This document shows, piece after piece, positions 9,487-19,521 of a stretch of DNA of 35,378 bases. Source of the stretch: an uncultured archaeon (GTDB lineage: Archaea; Asgardarchaeota; Lokiarchaeia; Sigyniarchaeales; SOKP01); contig CAZWEM010000042.1 of the NCBI GenBank assembly GCA_964632315.1, forward strand, positions 1,389 to 36,766, written 5' to 3'. Numbering within the stretch: position 1 is the first letter of the stretch; each line of letters opens with the position of its first letter. The position numbers and the translations under genes were made by a program. The notes beneath the pieces were generated by a model. The model was not told the DNA's origin, made no database searches, and was given only the letters and a program-made list of their open reading frames with translations.

Positions 9487-10626
9487 TTGAATGCGTATGA
9501 AAGGGTCATTAAAGCCTTAAACCATGAAGAGCCAGACAGAATACCACTTTTTTGTCAAGTTGTTATGTCTGGTTTTGAAAAGCGATTATTGAATCATTGG
9601 GGAGATTCCTACCATTGGGAAAGAAAATACAAACTCATTAATCGTGATTTCAATGTAGAGCATAAATTAGGTTTTGATTGTGCTTGGGGATTTTATGCTT
9701 TTCCTGTCTACATTCCACAGAAATACATGCAAGATCACCCCTTACCGAAATTAGATGACGATAACAAATATGTTGATTATAATGGAAGATTGTACCTGAA
9801 ACATACTTCCAATGATCCCAATGATGTTGGTTATTATTATGGAAATTACATAAAAGATGAAAAAATGGCTGATTATTTCCATGAAACATATTTTGCAGTT
9901 GAATGGGACGAGGCTCCAGATTATGCTACCAAAATAAACAAAAAGCTAAGAAAGTTTCCCACCGATGAATTCGTACCTTGTACACATCTTGATCCGATAT
10001 TAGAATCAATGTGGATGGGAATGGGTCTTGGATTGCTTATTAAACTAATCAGGAAAAATAAGCAGAAATTAAAACACTATATTGAATTAAGAAAAAAAAA
10101 ATTGCTTAACGCTGCTAAATTAAGCGCAGAAACGGACTTTGATATTTTTTTTATTTGCGACGATACCGCATTAAAAGGCACCACAATGATTAACCCGAAA
10201 TATCATAGAGAGCTTATTGTTCCTGCTTATAAAGAAGCAATAAAAATTTTGAAAAAAGCGGGGAAATACGTCTGTTTTCATTCAGATGGTTTCACAGAAC
10301 CATATTTCGAAGGATTAATCGAAGCAGGATTTAATGGAATTGAATCTTTAGAACCAATGGCAGGTATGAATTTAGGACATTTAAAAGAAACTTATGGAGA
10401 TCAAATTTGCTTGATTGGAAATATCGATGTTTCACAATTATTACCTTATGGTACAACCAACGAAGTTATCAAAAAAGTTAAGGAATGTATTCAAGTTGCT
10501 GCTCAAAGTGGAGGATATATTTTAAGTCCTTGCACTGATATAACGAATGCTTGTAAAGTTGAGAATGTAATAACAATGATTTCAGCAGTAAAGAAATACG
10601 GTCAATATCCTATCAATCTAAATTAA
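9487..10626 (+). CDS. UroD/MtaA-like (uroporphyrinogen decarboxylase superfamily) protein
   Basis: ERVIKALNHEEPDRIP, ICDD.A, CFHSDG, ESLEP.AGM.L..LK, LIGNID, GGYILSP; TTG start downstream of TTTATATAA (9446-9454). Confidence 0.88.
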   Translation: MNAYERVIKALNHEEPDRIPLFCQVVMSGFEKRLLNHWGDSYHWERKYKLINRDFNVEHKLGFDCAWGFYAFPVYIPQKYMQDHPLPKLDDDNKYVDYNGRLYLKHTSNDPNDVGYYYGNYIKDEKMADYFHETYFAVEWDEAPDYATKINKKLRKFPTDEFVPCTHLDPILESMWMGMGLGLLIKLIRKNKQKLKHYIELRKKKLLNAAKLSAETDFDIFFICDDTALKGTTMINPKYHRELIVPAYKEAIKILKKAGKYVCFHSDGFTEPYFEGLIEAGFNGIESLEPMAGMNLGHLKETYGDQICLIGNIDVSQLLPYGTTNEVIKKVKECIQVAAQSGGYILSPCTDITNACKVENVITMISAVKKYGQYPINLN

Positions 10627-10719
10627 GTGTATTATCTTATATTCTTTCACATAGAATCTTATATAAAAAAGAATGAAGTAAGTTATACTAAAAATTAAAA
10701 AATATGCTAATAATTAAGG

Positions 10720-12870
10720 GTGAGTTACATATCTGATAATAAATATTCGATAGAGAACCCATTTTGGAAATTAACTATAAATAAGAATAATGAACAAGAA
10801 TTTGAGTATATTCTGCATGATAAAGTGAATCATATTGATTTTAGTGATGGAGACTACCATTATAGAGTCTTAACTTCTTCAAAGAGGGGAGCTCGATATA
10901 TTTACTTAAATCACATTGGATCGGAAATAAATGCTAAAAAATTAACTTCAAGAGAAATACGAGTAGAAGACCCAGATAAGATAGTCATAGAGGGAAAATT
11001 TGAAGCCACGGAGTTATTGCTAACTCATATATTCAAATTGACAGCAGAAAGCAAGTGGTTAGAAGAATTTATAACAATTACAAATGAAGGAGAAAAAAGA
11101 GTTAGATTAGGTTTCATGAATTTAGGCTTCGAAAAACCTCTATTTAAGCAATATTCTGGCTGGATCGAAAATTTAGATCAATTTTTCCTTACTTCAATTC
11201 CATATCGGAGATTCTTAGGATACGGAGATGACAAGAGAAAGAAAAATTACACTGCTAACGATTTACTCTTAAACGCTTGGGTTGATATAGAAACCGAATT
11301 ACCTGGATATTGTGCGGAAGGATGGTTATGGAGTACTAAAAACAATGGTTTGATAATTTGCAAATATAATCAGACAGAGATGGAATACTCACGATTTCAA
11401 AGTTTCTCAAAAACATTACCTGGAAGAGGAGCTGAAGATACTTATATAATATTTGGTGGGGTTTACCTATATGAAGGAAATCCTGAAGCTGCGACTCTTT
11501 TAGAACCTAAGCAGAGTTATTCATTTGGGATTAGTAAATATGCTATATATGAAGGGAATTACAAAGAAGGCTATTATCTCTATCGAAGTCATCTAGATGG
11601 TCAAGGTCATAAATTTAAGGAAGAATATGACCCTCCCATACATTGGAATGAATTATATAATTTGGGATGGGTTGCTGAGAAAACTGGTTTTTTTGTTGAT
11701 AGTACAGATTTCGAGTTATACACGTTGGAACAGTTGTATGAAGAAGCAAAATTAGCTAAAGATATCGGGGCAGAATCTTTATATTTAGACCCAGGTTGGA
11801 ACATCTCATTAGGATCTGCAATTTGGAATGACGAACGATTTGGGTCATTGAAGAACTTTTCTGAAACTATTCATAATAAGTTTAATCTTAAGTTAGCATT
11901 ACATTTGATGATGAATTTTGAAGGTGAAGACGAACCAGATGAATTCTATCTAACAACAAAAAAGGGTGTAAGAGTGGTGGCAGATCCGTATATAAATCTA
12001 TTTTGCGTATGTGCAAATGATTACTGGGTAAAGGAAAAAACTCGGAGATTGTTAGAATTAGCAAAAGAAGAAATAGATTTTTTCATGTTTGACTTCACTG
12101 AGCTTTCAATGTTCATGGTGGATAATCTTGGATGTTTTAATAAGAATCACGGACATGAAGTTCCTATGAAGAGACAAACTCATGCTGAAAACATTTTGAA
12201 AGTTATTCAAAACATTAAAAAAGAATATCCAAATATTCTCATTGAAGCTCATGATAGGGGGGTCAAGCCTCGGCACCCTTTATACTATCAACATAACCTT
12301 CTTTACAGTTTTGATGAAAACTGGGGTTTTGAATGCATGTGGAATCCAATGCAAGACCTCATCTCTGGTAGAGCACTCCAACTCTTTGAATATAATTTAG
12401 CATATTCTATTCCTCTCTATTTACATATAAATGAACATAGTGATAATGATCAGATGCTACAATTTTGGTGGTATGCTTCACTCGTAAGACATTTAGGCAT
12501 CGGAGGATTAAACGATGAGGAAAGCGTCAAATACAAAGCGTTAAAAGAGGCACTAACTCTTTATAAGAAAAATAAAGCTTTTTTTACTCGAGGAACTTTT
12601 TATGGTATTCATAAATATATCCATCTACACATAGATGAACACAGTAAACACGGAATTTTGACAGCCTATAATATAACAAGTAATCCTAAGCAAATTGAGA
12701 TTCAATTAGACCTTAAAAAATATGGTTTAGATATCAATAATGTAGATATCTATGATGGTTTAAACCGAAAAATAGCAAATTTAGATTTCGTTAAAATAAA
12801 TGAAGATATCGTAAGATTTCATTTAGATATTCCCTCACTCTCTCCAAGAATATGCATTTTAAGAAATTGA
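10720..12870 (+). CDS. Putative glycoside hydrolase, GH36/GH27 (clan D, alpha-galactosidase-like) TIM barrel
   Basis: HWNELY, LYLDPGW (DDGW equivalent), 'WNDERFG', FFMFDF (nucleophile D position), N-terminal beta-sandwich-sized region; GTG start. Confidence 0.6.
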   Translation: MSYISDNKYSIENPFWKLTINKNNEQEFEYILHDKVNHIDFSDGDYHYRVLTSSKRGARYIYLNHIGSEINAKKLTSREIRVEDPDKIVIEGKFEATELLLTHIFKLTAESKWLEEFITITNEGEKRVRLGFMNLGFEKPLFKQYSGWIENLDQFFLTSIPYRRFLGYGDDKRKKNYTANDLLLNAWVDIETELPGYCAEGWLWSTKNNGLIICKYNQTEMEYSRFQSFSKTLPGRGAEDTYIIFGGVYLYEGNPEAATLLEPKQSYSFGISKYAIYEGNYKEGYYLYRSHLDGQGHKFKEEYDPPIHWNELYNLGWVAEKTGFFVDSTDFELYTLEQLYEEAKLAKDIGAESLYLDPGWNISLGSAIWNDERFGSLKNFSETIHNKFNLKLALHLMMNFEGEDEPDEFYLTTKKGVRVVADPYINLFCVCANDYWVKEKTRRLLELAKEEIDFFMFDFTELSMFMVDNLGCFNKNHGHEVPMKRQTHAENILKVIQNIKKEYPNILIEAHDRGVKPRHPLYYQHNLLYSFDENWGFECMWNPMQDLISGRALQLFEYNLAYSIPLYLHINEHSDNDQMLQFWWYASLVRHLGIGGLNDEESVKYKALKEALTLYKKNKAFFTRGTFYGIHKYIHLHIDEHSKHGILTAYNITSNPKQIEIQLDLKKYGLDINNVDIYDGLNRKIANLDFVKINEDIVRFHLDIPSLSPRICILRN

Positions 12871-12933
12871 ATCAACGGACTAAAAAATAGATTTCAGAGA
12901 TATTCTTTTTTATAGTCAACCATATTAATCTAT

Positions 12934-13833
12934 ATGAAATTTGGAATTTCACCTTTATCGCTCGAATTTGTTATAGAAAATATTCTTAAAGAAAAGGGAT
13001 TGGCGGGTTTAGCAGAGTTTAAACTTTCAAAGCTTATCGAGGGTGTTGCTAAGGCAGGATACCAGCATTGTGAAATTATCATGGACATTTTTCAACTTTT
13101 TCCTATCCAAATTTCGCAAGAAGAAATTCAAAAAATAAAGAGTATAAAAGAGAAATACGATATTACCTATTCAGCACACTTTCCCTTCATTAGTATAGAA
13201 CTTGCCAGTCCAAATAAATTCATTCGTGAAGGTAGCATAAACTCAATAGTGGATGCATATGAAAGTTTCATAAAATTGGAGGAGTATATTGACGTTTATG
13301 TATTACATGCAACAGGCGAATTTATTGCAGATGCCATGGATTTTATTACTGCACCTTCGATTTTTCCTGTTGCTACAAGCCTATTTGCTGCTTTGTCAAT
13401 CCAAAGTATCAAAGAAATAATAAAAAGGACGGGAATTAATAAGAATAAATTAGCGATCGAAAATATCGAATTTCCCCTTGATTCAACTGTTGAAATGGTT
13501 AAAGAATTAGGGTTAAATCTGTGCATTGACACGGCACATACCTTAGGAGGACTCTCTGGAAAATGCGATTTAGTTGAGATTATTCATAAATATTTTGATA
13601 TTACGAGTGAAATTCATTTGCAAGATTACGTCGAAAATGCCTTAATAGATCATGGGGCTTTAGGAACGGGGAGCTTTCCATCAGAATTTTTAAATTTCAT
13701 TGACGAGAATAATTTTAGTGGTCCAATTGTCTTCGAACTCCCTCGAAGAGATGCTATTAAATCCATTGAGTTTATTAAGAAATTTGCTCCTCAAATAGAA
13801 CTTCCAAAAGTAAAAGATATTTCATTTTATTAG
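12934..13833 (+). CDS. Xylose-isomerase-like TIM barrel / AP endonuclease 2 family, resembling cobamide-remodelling phosphodiesterase CbiR
   Basis: SAHFP, YVLHATG, LAIENIEFP, LCIDTAH, EIHLQD, DH.ALG.G, GPIVFEL. Confidence 0.7.
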   Translation: MKFGISPLSLEFVIENILKEKGLAGLAEFKLSKLIEGVAKAGYQHCEIIMDIFQLFPIQISQEEIQKIKSIKEKYDITYSAHFPFISIELASPNKFIREGSINSIVDAYESFIKLEEYIDVYVLHATGEFIADAMDFITAPSIFPVATSLFAALSIQSIKEIIKRTGINKNKLAIENIEFPLDSTVEMVKELGLNLCIDTAHTLGGLSGKCDLVEIIHKYFDITSEIHLQDYVENALIDHGALGTGSFPSEFLNFIDENNFSGPIVFELPRRDAIKSIEFIKKFAPQIELPKVKDISFY

Positions 13834-13848
13834 AGAAAATAATTTTGA

Positions 13849-16593
13849 TTATTCCAAGATTCTCATTTGTTCTTCAAACTGCTCCATTTGTATTTGTAAA
13901 TCTTCAAGCCTTTGCCTTTCTCTTTGAACGAGTTCTTTGGGAGCTCGCTCTGAAAATGGACTTTTAAGCTTTTTCTCAAGTTTCAATTTTTCTTCTGAAA
14001 CTTTCTCCAATGAGGTTTGAATTCGTTCTTTTTCTTTTTCAAAGTCAATCATCCCGGATAAGGGAACGAATGCTGGCGTTCCACCAATTACGATTCGAGC
14101 AGACTGAGGAGGCGGAACTATTTTTTTTTCAATCAAAAATTTATCCCCATTAATAAATGCCATTTTGACCAGTTCATTTTTACAGAGTTCGAACAATTCC
14201 TTATCATCGGTTTCAATTTGCAATGGTACCACTGTTTTTAAAGGAATTCCAAAGTCATGCTTAACTCTCCTCACTTCACGTACGAAATCAGACATTAATA
14301 GAAAACTTTCTTCTAACTTTGGTTTTATATATTCCGTATTAACTTCTGGCCACTTAGCATACATTATTGTTGGGATTGTTTTTGTAGTTATCGGGAGATT
14401 TTGCCATAATTTTTCTGTAATAAAAGGCATTACTGGATGTAAAAGTCTATAAAATGTTTCCAAAACATGTATTAATATTGATTTTTGTACGTATTTTGCT
14501 GAGTATTCATCGTCATACAAGAATAATTTGCTCATTTCGATATACCAATCACAAAATTCACCCCAAAAAAAGGATTTGAGTTCCCTTGTCATTTGTAGAT
14601 AATCATAATTATCCATGTGTTTTTGTACCTCTTGTATCACTGAATTTAACCTTGAAAGAATCCACTTATCTGGGAATTTTAATTCCTCTTCATCAATTTC
14701 CTCTATTGGGAGAATTTCATCATCTGAATCAATATTAGATAAAACATATCTTGACGCTTGCCATATCTTATTACAATATTTATGTGCGACATCAATGTTC
14801 TTTGGATCCAAATTTGTATCTAAACCAGGAACGCTATTAGAAATTAAAACGTATCTAAGCGAATCTGCTCCAAAATCTTCAATAATGATTAAAGGGTCAT
14901 ATTGAGCGATATTCTCCATTGATTTACTAATTTTTTTACCCTTTTCGTCTCTTATAAGGCCATGTAAGTATACGAGGTGATATGGAACTTGACCAGTTAA
15001 TTCAAGACTCATCATCATTTCTCTAGCTACCCAGAAAAAGAGAATATCATAACCAGTCTCTCTCGTGTCAGTTGGAAAGAACCTTTTATAATCTGGATGA
15101 TTCTCATCGGGCCAACCAAGGGTTGAAAAGGGCCATAATGCACTCGAAAACCAGGTATCTAATACATCTGGATCTTGATGAACTTTTGAACAACCACATT
15201 TAGGACAAATCTCAACGTGATCAATATCCGGCTCGGGACATATTTCTGTTTCACAGTCTTCACAATACCAGACGGGAATTCGATGGCCCCACCATAGCTG
15301 TCTTGAGATGCACCAATCATGTATATTTTCCATCCATAGGAAAAATCTTTGTTCTTCTCTTTCAGGGATAATTTTTGTAATTCCTTTTCTTACTTTTTCC
15401 ATTGCCACTTTCGCCAATGGAGTAGTATTTACAAACCACTGAATTGAAATACGAGGTTCAATTATTGTATGACAACGTTGACAATGAGCTAATGAATGTT
15501 CATATTGCTCTGTTTTTTCTAAAAGGCCTTCCTTTTCGAGATCTTTAAGAATGGCTTCCCTACATTCATACCTATCTAAACCCGTATAGGAATCAACGAA
15601 TCCCGGAAGTATTTTAGCATCTTCACTAAAAATGTTAATAAATTCTAAATCATGTTTCTGGCCAATTTCAAAGTCGTTTGGATCGTGAGCAGGAGTGATT
15701 TTCAATGCGCCCGTTCCAAATTCAGGGTCTACGTATTCATCAACGATTATAGGAATCTTCCGACCTACTCCTGGTAGAACCGCTTTTTTACCAACGAATT
15801 TTTTATATTTAGGATGAGTTTTAATTGTAGCGACTGCGCTGTCTCCTAGTAAAGTCTCTGGTCTAGTTGTAGCAACAACAATAAAATCAGTAGCTCCCTC
15901 TGACCATTTTCCACTTGACCAAGCATTTTTTGGACCACTCCATGATTCTGTGATTATTGGATACTTGATATACCATAAATTACCCATCTCATCTTCAGAA
16001 TCGGTTTCTAAATCAGAGATGGCTGATTCGCATCGTGGACACCAATTAACTAAATATTCTCCACGATATATTAAGCCTTTATTATACAACCTGTAAAATG
16101 CTTCTCGAACAGCTCTCGATAAATCCGGATCTAACGTGAAGTGTTCTCGAGACCAATCACTGCTGATACCTAAACTCTTCGATTGTTTCGTAATTCTTGC
16201 ATGATACTTATCTTTCCATTGCCATACTCTTTCAATAAACTTTTCGCGTCCAATTTCCTTGCGTTTTATTCCTTGCTTAAGTAATTCGCGTTCAACTACG
16301 TTTTGAGTAGCAATTCCAGCATGATCTGTTCCAGGTATGTAAAGAGTAACTTTTTGCCTCATTCTTTCATATCGAGCCATTAAATCTTCTAAAGATATAG
16401 TAATAGCGTGTCCAAGATGAAGTTGACCAGTAACATTAGGTAATGGTATTGTAATGCAATATCTTTCTGATTTTTCATCAGTTAATCCTAATTCTTTTGA
16501 TTTCTCCGGTTTAAAGAAACCTTGGCTCTCCCACCAAGCATAAATTTCCTTTTCAATTGATCGGTGATCATAAACCTTTTTGAGATCTTCCAT
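13849..16593 (-). CDS. valS: Valine--tRNA ligase (bacterial type 1, with C-terminal coiled-coil arm)
   Basis: PNVTGQLHLGH (HIGH), GTDHAGIATQ, ATTRPET, KITPAHD, DWCISRQLWWGH, DVLDTWFSS, KISKS (KMSKS variant), C-terminal 'F.ERAP' arm. Confidence 0.97.
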   Translation of the reverse strand: MEDLKKVYDHRSIEKEIYAWWESQGFFKPEKSKELGLTDEKSERYCITIPLPNVTGQLHLGHAITISLEDLMARYERMRQKVTLYIPGTDHAGIATQNVVERELLKQGIKRKEIGREKFIERVWQWKDKYHARITKQSKSLGISSDWSREHFTLDPDLSRAVREAFYRLYNKGLIYRGEYLVNWCPRCESAISDLETDSEDEMGNLWYIKYPIITESWSGPKNAWSSGKWSEGATDFIVVATTRPETLLGDSAVATIKTHPKYKKFVGKKAVLPGVGRKIPIIVDEYVDPEFGTGALKITPAHDPNDFEIGQKHDLEFINIFSEDAKILPGFVDSYTGLDRYECREAILKDLEKEGLLEKTEQYEHSLAHCQRCHTIIEPRISIQWFVNTTPLAKVAMEKVRKGITKIIPEREEQRFFLWMENIHDWCISRQLWWGHRIPVWYCEDCETEICPEPDIDHVEICPKCGCSKVHQDPDVLDTWFSSALWPFSTLGWPDENHPDYKRFFPTDTRETGYDILFFWVAREMMMSLELTGQVPYHLVYLHGLIRDEKGKKISKSMENIAQYDPLIIIEDFGADSLRYVLISNSVPGLDTNLDPKNIDVAHKYCNKIWQASRYVLSNIDSDDEILPIEEIDEEELKFPDKWILSRLNSVIQEVQKHMDNYDYLQMTRELKSFFWGEFCDWYIEMSKLFLYDDEYSAKYVQKSILIHVLETFYRLLHPVMPFITEKLWQNLPITTKTIPTIMYAKWPEVNTEYIKPKLEESFLLMSDFVREVRRVKHDFGIPLKTVVPLQIETDDKELFELCKNELVKMAFINGDKFLIEKKIVPPPQSARIVIGGTPAFVPLSGMIDFEKEKERIQTSLEKVSEEKLKLEKKLKSPFSERAPKELVQRERQRLEDLQIQMEQFEEQMRILE

Positions 16594-16644
16594 AATTTTA
16601 TTTCCTCAAATGATCTTAAAAATGGCGGAAATCTCTTAAAATTT

Positions 16645-16666
16645 AGGAAAAAGTAAAAAAAAGTAA
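16645..16666 (-). terminator. T-rich terminator after the GPH transporter
   Basis: On the - strand the stop is followed by ATTACTTTTTTTACTTTTTCC. Confidence 0.45.
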
Positions 16667-16667
16667 T

Positions 16668-18095
16668 TTAAAATCCCATTTCAAGGATTTTTGCTTTATT
16701 TTCAAGAACTTTTTCTTGGGTTAAAGGATAAAACCTCCAGAATATTATTGCCCCAATTAAGACGATACATGCTGGGACAATTCCTAAAAGTAAACGAATT
16801 CCTAATAAGACTAATCCCACATTTATTCCAGGAGTTGTTACCAGCGTTGCATAGTCCGAAATACCAGGATCAAATCCAGTGAGAGTGAATACTGTCGTAA
16901 TTAAAAGTTCATCAATAAAAGCTGTCGCTAAACTTAGTACAGCCCAAGTCCCTACTAATAATCCCTTTTGATTTCTTCCAGTTCTCACTAAAAAGTCATC
17001 TTGTGCGTTTGAAAACAAAACAGGCATTCCAATTGTCCATATGCATCCATTTCCAAGGCCTATTAAAAGCATCATAATTAGCAAATCAATCTGAGTTTGG
17101 AAAAATGAGAGTGGAAAGATGAGTACGACTAATAATAAACTACCTATTACATAAATTTTCTTGTTGTCTCCAATCTTTTTTAGGACTTTTAGCCAAATAG
17201 GAATAGAAACTAATGAACCTATTAGAAAAACAGCCAAATAAAGAGTCATTTCATCTTGAGAAACTCGTAGAAGAAATGTTGTTAGATAAACGATCATTCC
17301 AGTCATTATTGTTGTAGCGCACAACCAAAGAACATATGATATATAAAGGGCCATAAAACTTCTCTGTTTAATTACCAACCAAACTCCCTTAAAGATATGC
17401 AACCGCTCATATTTTCGCGAATAATATCTATCAATAATGATTTTATCCTCCCGAGCTCCAGGTATGAAAGTAAAACCAAAAATAATTCCTATTAATGCTA
17501 TTATTGACGCCATAACAGTATATGAAAATTTATTATTTTCACCAAAAAACAAAAGCAGTGGAGGTAGAAGCATTCCGAGGACTTGGGCAACCATATCGAA
17601 AAAACCCCATGCTCCTGCATATTTCCTTCTTTCTCTTTCAGTTCGAAACTTATCAGCGCGTAATATCATGACGTGGATATCTACGAGGGTAATAAATAGA
17701 TCAAACAAGAAAAGAGAAATAATAAGCCATAACATAACGGGTAACGGATTTGAGGGATCCAGTTTTGGGGCAGAAAAGATCATAATTAAAGATAGAGATT
17801 GTGGAATAAACCCAATTAGAATCCATGGAAATCTTCTACCCCATTTCCTAGTCCACTTAAAATTACGATCTGTTAACCAACCTATTAACGGATCATTTAG
17901 ACCAGACCATAATGTATTGATTGCTACAACGATTAGAATTAACACTGGCGCAAGACCAACGATGGTATGATAATAAAAATACATAAATAGGTTCATTGTT
18001 GCAGTTGGAATCGTCCAAAGTATGTTGTATGTTCCAAAAGATAAATAGGTCAAAAAAGAATGTCTTGAGGTTTCTTGTTCTTCATTTTCTACCAT
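16668..18095 (-). CDS. GPH-family (MelB-like) MFS glycoside:cation symporter
   Basis: NDPLIGWLTDR...WGRRFPWI, 12 TMs, 'TGRNQKG', 'YPLT'; ATG at 18095 preferred to GTG at 18104, which looks like part of the SD. Confidence 0.9.
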   Translation of the reverse strand: MVENEEQETSRHSFLTYLSFGTYNILWTIPTATMNLFMYFYYHTIVGLAPVLILIVVAINTLWSGLNDPLIGWLTDRNFKWTRKWGRRFPWILIGFIPQSLSLIMIFSAPKLDPSNPLPVMLWLIISLFLFDLFITLVDIHVMILRADKFRTERERRKYAGAWGFFDMVAQVLGMLLPPLLLFFGENNKFSYTVMASIIALIGIIFGFTFIPGAREDKIIIDRYYSRKYERLHIFKGVWLVIKQRSFMALYISYVLWLCATTIMTGMIVYLTTFLLRVSQDEMTLYLAVFLIGSLVSIPIWLKVLKKIGDNKKIYVIGSLLLVVLIFPLSFFQTQIDLLIMMLLIGLGNGCIWTIGMPVLFSNAQDDFLVRTGRNQKGLLVGTWAVLSLATAFIDELLITTVFTLTGFDPGISDYATLVTTPGINVGLVLLGIRLLLGIVPACIVLIGAIIFWRFYPLTQEKVLENKAKILEMGF

Positions 18096-18117
18096 AATAA
18101 TCACAAAAATTTAAGTA

Positions 18118-18137
18118 GTAGGTAAATATCTACCTAC
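18118..18137. promoter_or_regulatory. Operator-like palindrome GTAGGTAAATATCTACCTAC
   Basis: 20-bp palindrome with one mismatched pair, between a minus-strand TATA-like box (~18139-18149) and the GPH start. Confidence 0.65.
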
Positions 18138-18245
18138 GATATAATAAATACTTTGCTCAGCTTTAATTTAATAAAAGGAAAAAGAATAATTATGCAAAAT
18201 TCTAATATAAGTAGGATTTATGATTTAAAAATGATGAAAGGATGC

Positions 18246-19403
18246 TTAAACCTCTAATGGATACTTTCTATATTTTTCAATCGCAGCTTTCATCGCTAAT
18301 ACATTCTCCCATGGCATATTCAATATATCGTGACTTGGTCCAATTACATACCCTCCTCCTTTTCCTGCATCACGTAAGCACTTTTTTACGTTTTCCTCAA
18401 CATCTTGAGGGGTACCAAAAGTTAATACTCCACTTGAATCGAGTCCCCCCATAAAGCAAATTTTGTCTCCAAGAGATTCCTTTAACCCCTTAAGATCAAC
18501 ACCAGCCGTCGCTTCTAGTGATTGAATGCAATTCAAACCTATTTTTATTAAATCTGGCAAAAAATCATCGATTTTACCGCAAGAATGCAGTACAGTTAGC
18601 ATTCTATGTTTCTGACATTCCTCATACATCATTTTATGATATGGAAGGATTAATTCACGAAAATCTTTAGGGGAAAATATTGGATTTTCCTTATAGCCAA
18701 AGTCATCTCCAAAAAAGATGATATCAACCCCTGCTTCAGCGAGTCTTTTAATTATCTCAATATTTGTCTTAGCATATTCTTCCATTACTTCATGGATGAA
18801 TTGACGATTCTTACGCATGTAATATGCCAATCGAACAAGTGAAAGTCCATTGAATAACGATTCAGTTGGATTAATAGGCATGCTAACCATTGGGTAAAAA
18901 TAAGGGGATAGTGCTTCCACAAAATCCTCCCATAATCGAGGAGAATAATTAACTTTATCAAGAATGAGTTCAGAAGGCCTTCCATAGTGCTCCCAATGAG
19001 AATGCAGAATTTCAGGAGTGGTGTAAAATCCACCAACATACCATTGATATGATAACCCAGTTTCAATCTGTTCCACAGTTTTATAGATCCTTCCATCCAA
19101 AAGATCGATATAACAGTCCGGATATTCTGGAGGAGCTTTTTTAGTGCGAGTTTTTAATTTAACATGTCCAAAAGGATCCATTGCGAAAATATCAACATTC
19201 CAAAAACGTTGCTCTGTGATATAATATTTAACTTTTGAGGATTTCGGCTTTATCCATATAGCATCCTTACTTTCTGGAGAATTCTTATATGCTTGAAATG
19301 AGGTTCCTGTATGTTCAAAACCAAATACATTTATTGGGACTTTATCTGGTTCGCCATCAAGTTCTAAAGCCCTAAATACCCGTTCTCGTTTTGATAACAC
19401 CAT
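18246..19403 (-). CDS. UroD/MtaA-like (uroporphyrinogen decarboxylase superfamily) protein
   Basis: RERVFRALE..GEPDKVP, FFGDDFG, VLHSCG, QSLE..AG.DL..LK, GGLDS, GGYVIGPSH. Confidence 0.88.
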   Translation of the reverse strand: MVLSKRERVFRALELDGEPDKVPINVFGFEHTGTSFQAYKNSPESKDAIWIKPKSSKVKYYITEQRFWNVDIFAMDPFGHVKLKTRTKKAPPEYPDCYIDLLDGRIYKTVEQIETGLSYQWYVGGFYTTPEILHSHWEHYGRPSELILDKVNYSPRLWEDFVEALSPYFYPMVSMPINPTESLFNGLSLVRLAYYMRKNRQFIHEVMEEYAKTNIEIIKRLAEAGVDIIFFGDDFGYKENPIFSPKDFRELILPYHKMMYEECQKHRMLTVLHSCGKIDDFLPDLIKIGLNCIQSLEATAGVDLKGLKESLGDKICFMGGLDSSGVLTFGTPQDVEENVKKCLRDAGKGGGYVIGPSHDILNMPWENVLAMKAAIEKYRKYPLEV

Positions 19404-19521
19404 ATAAAATTAAAAAGGAGGTTTAAGTTTTAAATTTTAATAAAAAATTGGTTAAATTTTATTTCAATAAGGTTTAAATTTACTTTTTGATATCAATCTG
19501 ATTTTATGTTAAAAAGGTAAT

